A stretch of DNA of 50,643 nt from Thermovirgaceae bacterium (GTDB lineage: Bacteria; Synergistota; Synergistia; Synergistales; Thermovirgaceae). Positions 26,511 to 35,603 of the stretch are shown piece after piece (within the stretch, counting starts at the first letter, position 1; each line of letters opens with the position of its first letter). The stretch is taken from the NCBI GenBank assembly GCA_046542505.1, contig JBKHBH010000006.1, positions 1 to 50,643 of the forward strand, in the 5' to 3' direction. Below the pieces are notes generated by a model that saw nothing but the letters and a program-made list of their open reading frames with translations, ran no database searches and was not told the DNA's origin. The position numbers and the translations under genes are program-made.

Positions 26511-27719
26511 ATGGGAAAGGGCCGGAGGACACCCTACATACCCGGAGGCCCTATCCTGAAGGATCAAAACTTCAGGATCATTCTCGGCGTGACGCTCATG
26601 TCCGTGCTGGGCGTGGCCAGCGTCACGCCGGCCTTTCCCGAGATCGCCCGCGAAATGGGCCTTTCGGCGGCACGGACAGCTCTGCTCGTTTCGGTCTTCA
26701 CTATTCCCGGGCTCTTTTTCACGCCCTTTCTCGGACTTTTTGCCGACAGATACGGCAGAAAGCGGGTTCTTGTACCCTGCCTCTTTCTTTTCGGCCTGGC
26801 CGGAGGGGGTTGCGCCCTCGTTTCGAACTTTCAGGCGATGCTTGCGCTGCGGTTTCTTCAGGGTGTCGGCGCATCCGCTTTGAATTCGCTGAACGTCACC
26901 CTCATCGGTGATTTTTTCTCGGGAAAGGAACGTTCGGAAGCCATGGGATACAATGCCAGCATCCTGGGGATCGGGACGGCGAGCTATCCCGCCCTGGGAG
27001 GCCTTCTCGCCACTTTTGGCTGGCGTTTCCCCTTCGCCCTCGCCTTCTCGGGAGTTTTCATCGGCCTCTGGGCCCTCTTCGGGCTCGAGGAAAGCTACCG
27101 GCCGGAGAGAACCGCCAAAAGCGGGTTCAATGTCAACAGGCTCCGTAGTGCGGTCTTCCAGCGAACCACCCTGCTTCTTCTGGTTACCAGCGTCATGACT
27201 TTCGTCATTCTCTATGGCGGCTTCCTCACGTACCTTCCCTTTTTCCTGGTCGCGAGATACGGGGCATCGCCACTTCAGGTGGGCCTCGTCGCCGCCGCGA
27301 TGTCATTTGCGAGCGCCGTGACGGCTTCAAGATCGCGGTTTCTGGCAGAGAGAATCTCCGAAAGATGTCGCCTTGTGACGGCCTTTCTCCTCTACGCCGG
27401 CGCCCTTGTCCTGGTTCTTTTCATCCACAGCTGCTGCGGCACCGTTCTTCCTGCAGTGCTCTTCGGCATCGGCCAGGGGCTGAACATGCCCACCCTTCTG
27501 ACGATGCTTTCGGAACTCGCCCCGGAGGGAAACCGGGCGGTCTTTTTGTCCCTGAACAGCATGTCCCTAAGGCTTGGACAGACTGTTGGCCCCCTTCTCA
27601 TGGGAGGTGTCTACTCCCTGTTCGGGATCGAGGCCGTTTTTTTCACCGGGGCTTTCCTGGCCCTTTTCATGGTCGGCCTTCTCTGCACGCTCCTCGGAAA
27701 AACGGACATCGCCACATGA
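26511..27719 (+). CDS. MFS transporter (DHA1-like)
   Basis: Motif A GLFADRYGRKRV, LRFLQGVG; about 12 TM helices. Start uncertain (ATG 26511). Confidence 0.88.
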   Translation: MGKGRRTPYIPGGPILKDQNFRIILGVTLMSVLGVASVTPAFPEIAREMGLSAARTALLVSVFTIPGLFFTPFLGLFADRYGRKRVLVPCLFLFGLAGGGCALVSNFQAMLALRFLQGVGASALNSLNVTLIGDFFSGKERSEAMGYNASILGIGTASYPALGGLLATFGWRFPFALAFSGVFIGLWALFGLEESYRPERTAKSGFNVNRLRSAVFQRTTLLLLVTSVMTFVILYGGFLTYLPFFLVARYGASPLQVGLVAAAMSFASAVTASRSRFLAERISERCRLVTAFLLYAGALVLVLFIHSCCGTVLPAVLFGIGQGLNMPTLLTMLSELAPEGNRAVFLSLNSMSLRLGQTVGPLLMGGVYSLFGIEAVFFTGAFLALFMVGLLCTLLGKTDIAT

Positions 27720-27731
27720 CGGGCCGGTTTT

Positions 27732-28082
27732 TTATTCGGCAATCACCGCAACAAAAACAAGGGGATCCGATCCCGTATTCTCGATGGAATGGCTGTGTCC
27801 CTGGAAAGTGATCATCATGTCGCCAGGCCCGATTTCCTGCCGGACACCGTCATCCGTAAACAGGCCCTTGCCTGACAGGACGACGTAGAATTCCTCGTCC
27901 GTGGAGTGTTCATGCTCCCCGACCGCGGCGCCGGGATCCAGTTCCATCCGCGCCACCATCTTGAAGCGGCTTCCTTCAGGCTTTTCGCCGGGGGATATGC
28001 AGTAATGGCACATAGCACCTCCGGGACCGTCCTTGATATTTTCACGCCTGGTTCCTGTCATTTCCGACAACCTGAAAAACAT
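27732..28082 (-). CDS. Cupin domain protein
   Basis: LDPGAAVGEHEHSTDEEFYVVLSG..GHSHSIENTG; AGGAGG RBS before ATG 28082. Confidence 0.9.
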   Translation of the reverse strand: MFFRLSEMTGTRRENIKDGPGGAMCHYCISPGEKPEGSRFKMVARMELDPGAAVGEHEHSTDEEFYVVLSGKGLFTDDGVRQEIGPGDMMITFQGHSHSIENTGSDPLVFVAVIAE

Positions 28083-28127
28083 TTCAATTCCTCCTGTCTC
28101 GACTATGTTTGCTATGGAAAACAAGAA

Positions 28128-29888
28128 TCATTTTACCCTGGATGCTTTTCGTTTCACCCAATCCAGAAGTTTCTCCACATCCCAGGTGTTTACGATGCGT
28201 TCCGGGGGTATCCAGGCCCTCCGTGCGAGGGAGAGCCCGAAATGCATGTATCCCAGCTGCTCAGTGGAGTGGGCGTCGGTGCTGATGGCGAAAAAGGCGC
28301 CGAGTTCGCACGCGCGCGCCGCCAGGCCTTCGGGGAGGTCAAGGCGGTAAGGGTTGGCATTGAGTTCCAGAATAGTACCCGTTTTCACGGCCTCGGCCAG
28401 CACGGCCTCCCAGTCCGGCGATGTGCCGTCCCTTTCGCCTATGAGTCGCCCCGTCGGATGGGCCAGAATGTGGACAAAGGGGTTCGCCAAAGCTTTCAGG
28501 TAACGTTTCGTGATCTTTTCGCGATCCTGCCGCAGGGACGAGTGAACCGCCGCTACGACAACGTCGAGTTCGGCGAGGATGTCCTCTGGAAGATCCAAAG
28601 AGCCGTCGGCCATGATTTCGGCCTCGATCCCCTTGAGGACCCTGATTCCCTTTCCGGAATCGTTCCACTCATCTATACGGCGGCCCTGGTTTCGTATCCT
28701 CTCGGGGGAAAGCCCCCTGGCGACACCCAGACCACTGCTGTGGTCCGTCAGAAGCAGCCATTTCCGCCCCAGTTTTCCTGCCGCTTTCGCCATTTCCTCC
28801 AGGGGTGCCGTCCCGTCGCTTTCATCGGAATGACACTGCAGATCTCCGGCAATATCCTCGAGAACCAGCGGTTCGGGCAATGTCCCCTCGAGGGCCGCCT
28901 CGATCTCTCCCCTGTCCTCTCTCATTTCGGGAGGAATCCAGGGCAGCTCAAGATTTCTGTAGACGTCCTCCTCTTCCGCACAGAGGATTTCTTCATCAGA
29001 AGAAATCCGTTTCAGTGCGTATTCGCTCAGGGAAAGCCCCCGTTTCCTCGCCCTTTCCCTGAGCCGTACGTTGTGCTGCTGGTTCCCGGTGAAATACTGG
29101 AGCGCCGTTCCCCACCTCGAAGCATCCACGACCCTGAGATCCGCCTGAAGACCTGTTTCGAGCCTCACGCTGGCCTTGGTCTCACCCCGGAGCATGACCG
29201 TTTCGACCTTCTTCATGGAACAGAAGCGGTCCATGATTTCACCTGAAGGCTTTTCCGTGGCACATAAAAAGTCCAGGTCTCCTACCGTTTCCCTCCTCCG
29301 CCGCAAGGACCCTCCGGCTTCAGCCCTGGTTTTGGATACCGAGCGGAGCACTTCCAGGATCTCCAGCGCAGTCTCCCATGCAACGGCGATGGGTGTGCGC
29401 CCGGATATCTTCCGCGCCCGAAGGGATTCGATACCCGAAAGGATCTTCGCTTCAGTTTTGGCGCCGAAGCCCTCCAGTTCGCGAAGGCTGTTTCTTTTGG
29501 CCGCTTCCTCGAGGGCGTCAAGATCCCCGATGCCCAGGTGTTCCCAGATGGCCCTGACGCGTCTGGGTCCCAGATCGGGCACGTCCAGCATGTCGAGAAG
29601 CCCCTCGGGGACCTTTTCGGCAAGCCTGTCGTAATACTCGAGCCGCCCTGTGGCAACGAGCTCTTCGATTTTTCCGGCTATCGCCTTTCCGACTCCTTCA
29701 ATGGAGCCGAGGGAACCCTCCTGGGCCATGACCGAGAGATCCCGTCCGAGGGAACGGATGTTGTCGGCCGCCCGCCTGTAGGCGTTGATCTTGAAGACAT
29801 TCTCGCCAAGGATCTCCAGCATGTCGCCGATTTCGTCGAAGGTCCGGGCAATTTCCCTGTTGTCCCTTTTCTTTTCCACAGGTCTCAC
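28128..29888 (-). CDS. polX: DNA polymerase X with PHP 3'-5' exonuclease domain
   Basis: FKINAYRRAA, GSLRRRRETVGDLD, ADLRV, YFTG, IPPEMRE; PHP motifs GDLQCHSDESDG, TDHS, AHPTGR, STDAH. Confidence 0.95.
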   Translation of the reverse strand: MRPVEKKRDNREIARTFDEIGDMLEILGENVFKINAYRRAADNIRSLGRDLSVMAQEGSLGSIEGVGKAIAGKIEELVATGRLEYYDRLAEKVPEGLLDMLDVPDLGPRRVRAIWEHLGIGDLDALEEAAKRNSLRELEGFGAKTEAKILSGIESLRARKISGRTPIAVAWETALEILEVLRSVSKTRAEAGGSLRRRRETVGDLDFLCATEKPSGEIMDRFCSMKKVETVMLRGETKASVRLETGLQADLRVVDASRWGTALQYFTGNQQHNVRLRERARKRGLSLSEYALKRISSDEEILCAEEEDVYRNLELPWIPPEMREDRGEIEAALEGTLPEPLVLEDIAGDLQCHSDESDGTAPLEEMAKAAGKLGRKWLLLTDHSSGLGVARGLSPERIRNQGRRIDEWNDSGKGIRVLKGIEAEIMADGSLDLPEDILAELDVVVAAVHSSLRQDREKITKRYLKALANPFVHILAHPTGRLIGERDGTSPDWEAVLAEAVKTGTILELNANPYRLDLPEGLAARACELGAFFAISTDAHSTEQLGYMHFGLSLARRAWIPPERIVNTWDVEKLLDWVKRKASRVK

Positions 29889-30027
29889 CCCGTTCGGACT
29901 GTGTCCCTCAAAATTCAGTATCCTTCAAATCCGCCAAAGAAGAAAGTCCATGCAGTACCTTGCTGCGGACGTTCCTGTGCTATGATGTGGAAAATCCTCA
30001 CCGGCCTAAGAAAAGAGGGGGATTCCC

Positions 30028-31707
30028 ATGAAAAAGTGCTTGCGCCTATTCCTTCCACTTCTGGTGCTCTTGTCGGCAATGCCCGTTTCTTCCGCCCGGG
30101 CCGTTTTCGATCCTGAGGCAATCCGGGGCCCGAAAATCGAAGAGCTCTATATGGTCATCCATCGCGATCCCGATTCACAGATACTCGCCCTCGAGCGCGG
30201 AAAGCTGGACGTTCTGGGCGATATCACCCGCCCCGTGGACGTCAGGCGGCTGTCTCAAAACGACGGAATAGAACTCTCCATCTCACGGGGATTCCATCTT
30301 TTCTTCATGGGCTTCAACCTCAGGGAAAGCCCATGGGACAGCCTCCCCCTGCGAAAGGCCGTGGCTCACGCAATTCCCAAACGACAGATCGTACGGGACC
30401 TTTTTTCAGGATACAGCGAGCCTGTCTCAACCTATCTTCCCCCTGTTTCGCCCTATTATGAACCTGACGTGCCGGTTTATCCCTATGACATCCAGCGCGC
30501 GAAAGACATCCTGAAGGAAGCGGACTGGACCTGGAACGATGGCGGCCGGCTTGTTCCACCAGGTTCAGGAGAAGCCCTGGAGTCTTTCAAACTGCTTACG
30601 CCTGCGGCACAGACGGCGCCGACAACCATGGAAATCGCCAGGAGGATCACCGACGCCCTGGAGGCGATCGGCCTTTCAGTGGAACTGGAGCCCCTGGATT
30701 TTTCCGTGATGATCCGTCGCCTCGACGCCCACGACTTCGACCTTTTCGTCATGGCCTGGAGCCTCACCAGGGACCCCGACAATCTCTTTGCCTTCTTCCA
30801 CTCCTCCATGGACGTGGAAGGAGGATACAACATCCAGGGCCTGCATGACGCCGAAGTGGACAGGGTGACGGAAAAGCTCCGGTGGGCGCCCGACAGGGAA
30901 AGGGCGGAACAGGCGGCTCGGGAGGCCCAGCGCCTGCTTTCAGGGAAACTCCCCTGGGTCCCCATCTACTCCCGGTATATGGTCGCCGCCGTCAGCAAGG
31001 ACTGGAAAGGGATCGTCGCCACCGACGCCACCTCGGCGGACAATATCTGGACCCTTCTTTCCATGGAGCCCGCCTCCGGCCCCATACGACCCGTCTTCTG
31101 GGCACAGTCGAGTGAACCCAGATCCCTGAACCCGCTGAGTTCCGGATCTGCCTACGACTGGCAAATCCTCGGCCTGATCTACGACAGCCTGATCGCCGTT
31201 GATCCCCGATCGCTCGAAGATCTCCCCTGGCTTGCCACGGACTGGGACATTGAAACCGTCTCCGGGGAAAAAGAGCAGAAAACCCGGCTGACCTTCCGGC
31301 TCCGCGAGGGGGTCACATGGCATGACGGAAAACCTTTAACCGCCAAAGACGTCCGGTCGACGCTCCTTTTTCTGAAAGAGCACCAAATCCCCAGATATTT
31401 CGATGCCGTGCGAGATATCGAGTCCGTTGAAACCGGGGACAACAGGACCGTCGTGATCACCATGAAAAACACCAGCTACTGGCATCTTCACAACATCGGC
31501 GGCTCCCCCGTCTTTCCCGCCCATATCCTTGAGCAGGTGACCGACTGGGAAAGCTGGCAGCCCTCCCAGACACCGCATCCTGAAGCCAAAGGGCTTTCCA
31601 TGCTCGTGGGGACGGGCCCCTTCGTCTTCAGCGAATACCGTCCCGGGGAATATGTCCTGCTGAAGCGGCATGACGGATTCTGGATGCTCGGGGAGGACGG
31701 GCCATGA
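30028..31707 (+). CDS. Peptide/nickel ABC transporter solute-binding protein (family 5), circularly permuted
   Basis: SPase-I signal peptide. All family-5 motifs are present, but EPRSLNP..LREGVTWHDG..GTGPF lie at the C-terminus. Confidence 0.88.
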   Translation: MKKCLRLFLPLLVLLSAMPVSSARAVFDPEAIRGPKIEELYMVIHRDPDSQILALERGKLDVLGDITRPVDVRRLSQNDGIELSISRGFHLFFMGFNLRESPWDSLPLRKAVAHAIPKRQIVRDLFSGYSEPVSTYLPPVSPYYEPDVPVYPYDIQRAKDILKEADWTWNDGGRLVPPGSGEALESFKLLTPAAQTAPTTMEIARRITDALEAIGLSVELEPLDFSVMIRRLDAHDFDLFVMAWSLTRDPDNLFAFFHSSMDVEGGYNIQGLHDAEVDRVTEKLRWAPDRERAEQAAREAQRLLSGKLPWVPIYSRYMVAAVSKDWKGIVATDATSADNIWTLLSMEPASGPIRPVFWAQSSEPRSLNPLSSGSAYDWQILGLIYDSLIAVDPRSLEDLPWLATDWDIETVSGEKEQKTRLTFRLREGVTWHDGKPLTAKDVRSTLLFLKEHQIPRYFDAVRDIESVETGDNRTVVITMKNTSYWHLHNIGGSPVFPAHILEQVTDWESWQPSQTPHPEAKGLSMLVGTGPFVFSEYRPGEYVLLKRHDGFWMLGEDGP

Positions 31708-32681
31708 GGTCCTACTGGTTCAGGCGCCTTCTCGGGGCGCTGGTCGTTTTGGCCGTGGTGGTGTTCCTGAATTTCCTGTTGTTCCGCCTCATGCCCGGAG
31801 ACCCGGTGAGTACAATCATCGACCCGCGGTTTTCCCCCGAGGCGAAGCTCCAGCTGCGGCGGCAGTTCGGCCTCGACCTGCCGATTCATGTGCAGTTTTT
31901 CCGGTACGCCCGGGCAATGGTCACCTTCGATTTCGGCCTGTCCTTCCTCTCCCAGAGGCCCATATGGGAGGAGCTCCGTTCAAGGCTCCCGAACACGGTC
32001 TTTCTTCTGGGGTCGGCCTTTTTGCTGTCCGCCCTTTTGGGCACCTGGCTGGGCATTCATGCCGCCAGACTCCGCGGGAGCGTCCTGGAAAAAACGGTCC
32101 TTCTGGCCGGGTCTGTCTCCTTTTCCTTTCCGTCTTTTTTCGTCCAGCTGGTGCTCTTGCTCGTCTTCGGCTGGGCCATCCCCCTGTTTCCCCTGCGGGG
32201 GAGCGTCTCCATTCCTCCCCCTGGAGGGACTCTTCCTGCGCTGCTGGACTACCTCTGGCACATGACTCTGCCCGTGGCGTCCCTTGTTTTGCTAGGCTTC
32301 GGCTCATGGGCGATATATGTCCGCAACCTCATGGTCCGAACCCTCGGTTCCGACTACATCCTCCTGGCAAGGGCAAAAGGTCTGCCCCGGCGGCAGGTCC
32401 TCTGGGGGCACGCCTTCAGGACCACGCTGCCGCCCATCGTCACCATCTTCCTGCTGGCCCTGCCGGGGGTCATCTCTGGAGCTGTCATCACGGAACGGGT
32501 CTTCTCCCTCCACGGTGTCGGGACCTTTCTCCTGGAGGCCATTCTCGGCCATGACTATCCCGCCGCGGGAGCGGCCTTCTTCCTGCTCGCCCTGGTGACC
32601 GTTTTCTGCAACCTTGCCGCCGACGTGCTCTACGGTCTTGTGGATCCAAGAATACGAGTGGGACGGAGGATGGAAGAATGA
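31704..32681 (+). CDS. Peptide ABC transporter permease (OppB/DppB-like)
   Basis: MPGDP, FGLDLP, FDFGLSF, RLPNT, DYILLARAKGL, GAVITERVF. Confidence 0.93.
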   Translation: MRSYWFRRLLGALVVLAVVVFLNFLLFRLMPGDPVSTIIDPRFSPEAKLQLRRQFGLDLPIHVQFFRYARAMVTFDFGLSFLSQRPIWEELRSRLPNTVFLLGSAFLLSALLGTWLGIHAARLRGSVLEKTVLLAGSVSFSFPSFFVQLVLLLVFGWAIPLFPLRGSVSIPPPGGTLPALLDYLWHMTLPVASLVLLGFGSWAIYVRNLMVRTLGSDYILLARAKGLPRRQVLWGHAFRTTLPPIVTIFLLALPGVISGAVITERVFSLHGVGTFLLEAILGHDYPAAGAAFFLLALVTVFCNLAADVLYGLVDPRIRVGRRMEE

Positions 32682-33877
32682 GACCCGCAAGGCGGTGGAG
32701 CGTTCTGGCTCTCGTGGCCGTCACCCTGCTCGGGATCCTGGGCCCCCTGGCCTTTTCGGGCACCCCGGAGAGTCAGGTGGCCTCCCCTTTCGCGAAGCCC
32801 CGATGGTCACCTGGCGATGAGGCCCCTCCCCTTTCGGCCGTGCTCTCCGAAGAAAACACCTCTGCGGAGATCACCTGGAAATGGGATCCGCCGCCGAACC
32901 TCACCATTTCCGGGTTCGTGCGCTACTCCGAACCCGTCACCGGGGCAAGGCTGCTTTGGCGGACACCAGCGGGTGAAACCTTCGTGCTCGCTGCTTCGGG
33001 GGAAAGCAACACCTTGAAGGTGGACATCGACGGCCGGGACGTGACCTTCAAGCAGGCCCTCGGACTTTCACCCTTCAAGGATGTGACGAGTGCGCTCTTT
33101 CCTGAAAAAGGGCGCTATCTTCTGGCCATCGACCCGGACTCTGGAATCGGGGAAGCCCGACTCACCTTCGAGACACCAGGCGAGAAATGGGGCCTTCTGG
33201 GGACGGACCAGCGGGGACGGGATGTGTTCCGCCTCTTCCTTCTGGGGATCCGCATCTCACTGCTGGTGGGCGTCACCGCCACACTGCTTGCCGCGGTCAT
33301 CGGCATGGGGATCGGGCTTTCGGCGGGATACGCCGGGGGGATCTTCGACGCCCTGGTGATGCGTGTAGTGGATATCCTCCTGTCAATTCCGACACTGCCG
33401 ATCCTGATGGTGCTGGCCGGTCTCTGGGGAAGGGGTCTGTGGCAGCTGGTTTTCATCCTGGGCGCCTTTTCATGGATGGGCACAGCCCGGACGGTCAGGG
33501 CGCTGACTTTGTCGCTGCGGGAAACCTGTTACGTGGAGAACCTTCGTTCCATCGGGGCTCCTGCTTCATATATCCTCAGGCGCCACCTGCTGCCCGAAGC
33601 GCTTCCCGTTCTTCTCGCAAACATCGCCCTGGGCGTTCCGGCGGCGATTCTCGCCGAAGCCGGCCTTTCATTTCTGGGCCTCTCGGACCCACGGATCATC
33701 TCCTGGGGACGGATGCTTCAGGAGGCCCATGCTTTCGGAGCCTTCAGCACGGGAGCCTGGTGGCTCATACTTCCGCCGGGACTGGGCATTGCCGCCATCT
33801 GCCTGATTTTCCTGGATATCGGCAGAACCCTAGAGGAAATGGCCGATCCCCGCCTCAGGAAGGAGGCCGCACGATGA
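32678..33877 (+). CDS. Peptide ABC transporter permease (OppC/DppC-like) with a large extracytoplasmic insertion
   Basis: LLGTDQRGRD, RISLLVG, EAGLSFLGL, SWGRML, WWLILPPG; ~140-aa hydrophilic insert after the first TM helix. Confidence 0.92.
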   Translation: MRPARRWSVLALVAVTLLGILGPLAFSGTPESQVASPFAKPRWSPGDEAPPLSAVLSEENTSAEITWKWDPPPNLTISGFVRYSEPVTGARLLWRTPAGETFVLAASGESNTLKVDIDGRDVTFKQALGLSPFKDVTSALFPEKGRYLLAIDPDSGIGEARLTFETPGEKWGLLGTDQRGRDVFRLFLLGIRISLLVGVTATLLAAVIGMGIGLSAGYAGGIFDALVMRVVDILLSIPTLPILMVLAGLWGRGLWQLVFILGAFSWMGTARTVRALTLSLRETCYVENLRSIGAPASYILRRHLLPEALPVLLANIALGVPAAILAEAGLSFLGLSDPRIISWGRMLQEAHAFGAFSTGAWWLILPPGLGIAAICLIFLDIGRTLEEMADPRLRKEAAR

Positions 33878-34662
33878 TCAGCATTCGACATCTATTTGTG
33901 TCATACAGGAATGATGGCCAAACCGTCGAGGCCGTGCGTGATCTTTCCCTGGACATCCCTGAAAACCGTGTGACCGCCGTGGTCGGGGAATCAGGAAGCG
34001 GCAAGAGCACCCTTTTGTATTCCATCCTGCGACTGCTGCCTCCGGGATCACACCTTTCGGGACAAGTTTTCGCGGGTGAAAACAACATTCTGGAAATGAA
34101 CGCCGAAAGGCTCAACCGATTTCGCTGGAAAGAATGTGCTCTCATACTACAGGGGGCCATGAGCTCCTTTACGCCGGTGCTTTCAATCGGCCGCCAGATC
34201 GCGGAAACCATATCATGTCATCTCGGCGCACCACGCTCCGACGCCCTCAAGCAGGCGGCCGGACTCCTGGAGCGTGTAGGCCTGCCAAGGGATTTCATCA
34301 GGCGATATCCCCATGAGCTTTCGGGCGGCCAGAAACAACGTGCCGCCATCGCCATGGCCGTTTCCTGCAAACCGGCGTTTCTGCTGGCCGACGAGCCGAC
34401 CACGGCCCTGGACGTCATCACCCAGGCGGAAATCACGGCCCTTCTGGCCGATCTCGTCACCGAAGAAAGGATGGGCCTCTTGATGGTCACCCATGACCTC
34501 GCGCTGGCCCTTTCTGTCTGCTGCAACCTGGCGGTGATGAAAGAGGGCAGGATCGTCGAATCGGGGCCGCCTGAGGCGATTCTCGAAAACCCGAAGCACC
34601 CCCACACGTCGGAACTCGTGGACGCCATCAGGGAACTCGAGGAAGGAAGGGTGCAACCATGA
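33874..34662 (+). CDS. Peptide ABC transporter ATP-binding protein (OppD-like)
   Basis: GESGSGKS, YPHELSGGQKQR, ADEPTTALD; start at ATG 33874 (ATGA overlap). Confidence 0.93.
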   Translation: MISIRHLFVSYRNDGQTVEAVRDLSLDIPENRVTAVVGESGSGKSTLLYSILRLLPPGSHLSGQVFAGENNILEMNAERLNRFRWKECALILQGAMSSFTPVLSIGRQIAETISCHLGAPRSDALKQAAGLLERVGLPRDFIRRYPHELSGGQKQRAAIAMAVSCKPAFLLADEPTTALDVITQAEITALLADLVTEERMGLLMVTHDLALALSVCCNLAVMKEGRIVESGPPEAILENPKHPHTSELVDAIRELEEGRVQP

Positions 34663-35603
34663 CTTTTCCGGCAATCGCCCTGGAAGAAGCCTGCGTCAGA
34701 TTTGCCTTCCGCGGCCGACTGGTCGAGGCCCTCTGCGGCGTATCACTCGAGGTGGCGCCTGGTGACTGCCTCGCCTTGATCGGCGAATCCGGGAGCGGGA
34801 AAACGACTGCCCTTCGCGCAGGGCTTGCGTTTGTCCCCCTTGCTGCCGGACGGGTGATCCTTCTCGGCGTGGACCTCCGGGCGGCACACCCTTCGAGGCG
34901 CGTCGAGCTCAGGAGACGCTGCGGGTATATTCCCCAGGATCCATTCGGCTGTCTTCCGCCTGCATTGAACGCCCTGGAAGCGGTAGCCGAGCCTTTGCTT
35001 CTGACCCATTCCAGCAACGAAAAAGGGGAAATCCGCAGGCGAGCCCAAGCCCTTCTCGACGAATGCGGCCTTGGAGAGAAACGGATCGCCGAATCGAAGG
35101 TAAGCACGTCCCTTTCGGGAGGCCAGAGGCAACGCGTCTCCATCGCCAGGGCGCTTGCAGCGGACCCCCGGCTCATACTCGCCGACGAACCGACGAGCAT
35201 GCAGGACGCCTCCACCAGGGGAAAAATCCTGGAAATCCTGTTGAAACGGGTCAAAAAAGGCGCCGCCATGGTGCTGACGACCCATGACCTTCACCTTGCC
35301 GCGGCGGCGGCAACGCAGGGAATGGTTCTCTATCAGGGACACGTGGTCGAAACGGGTCCGGCAGGCTCCCTGCTGCAGGGAGGTCTCCATCCCTACACGC
35401 GGGCACTGGCCGAAGCATTACCCAGGCTCGGGAAAAAGACAAAAAGGCCGCCCGTCGTCGAGGGAACCACCGCCCGGGAGGAGGGAGCCTGCCCCTTCGC
35501 GCCTCGCTGTCCCGAACGGTTCGGACAATGCAGGGAGGCTCCCCCCCTGGTCCCCGTTTCCGGAGCAAGGCATGTGGCCTGCTGGAAGGTCAAAAACGTC
35601 TAG
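34659..35603 (+). CDS. Peptide ABC transporter ATP-binding protein (OppF-like)
   Basis: GESGSGKT, LSGGQRQR, ADEPT, HPYT, C-terminal CPFAPRC..C..VAC. Confidence 0.92.
   Translation: MTFPAIALEEACVRFAFRGRLVEALCGVSLEVAPGDCLALIGESGSGKTTALRAGLAFVPLAAGRVILLGVDLRAAHPSRRVELRRRCGYIPQDPFGCLPPALNALEAVAEPLLLTHSSNEKGEIRRRAQALLDECGLGEKRIAESKVSTSLSGGQRQRVSIARALAADPRLILADEPTSMQDASTRGKILEILLKRVKKGAAMVLTTHDLHLAAAAATQGMVLYQGHVVETGPAGSLLQGGLHPYTRALAEALPRLGKKTKRPPVVEGTTAREEGACPFAPRCPERFGQCREAPPLVPVSGARHVACWKVKNV

Noticed and set aside
28830..28850. PolX PHP motif QxH instead of HxH as a sign of inactivation
   Set aside because: QxH also occurs in characterised bacterial PolX such as the Thermus enzyme, and the other ligands are intact.
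27906..29246. 446-aa plus-strand ORF
   Set aside because: Antisense to polX; no recognisable domain.
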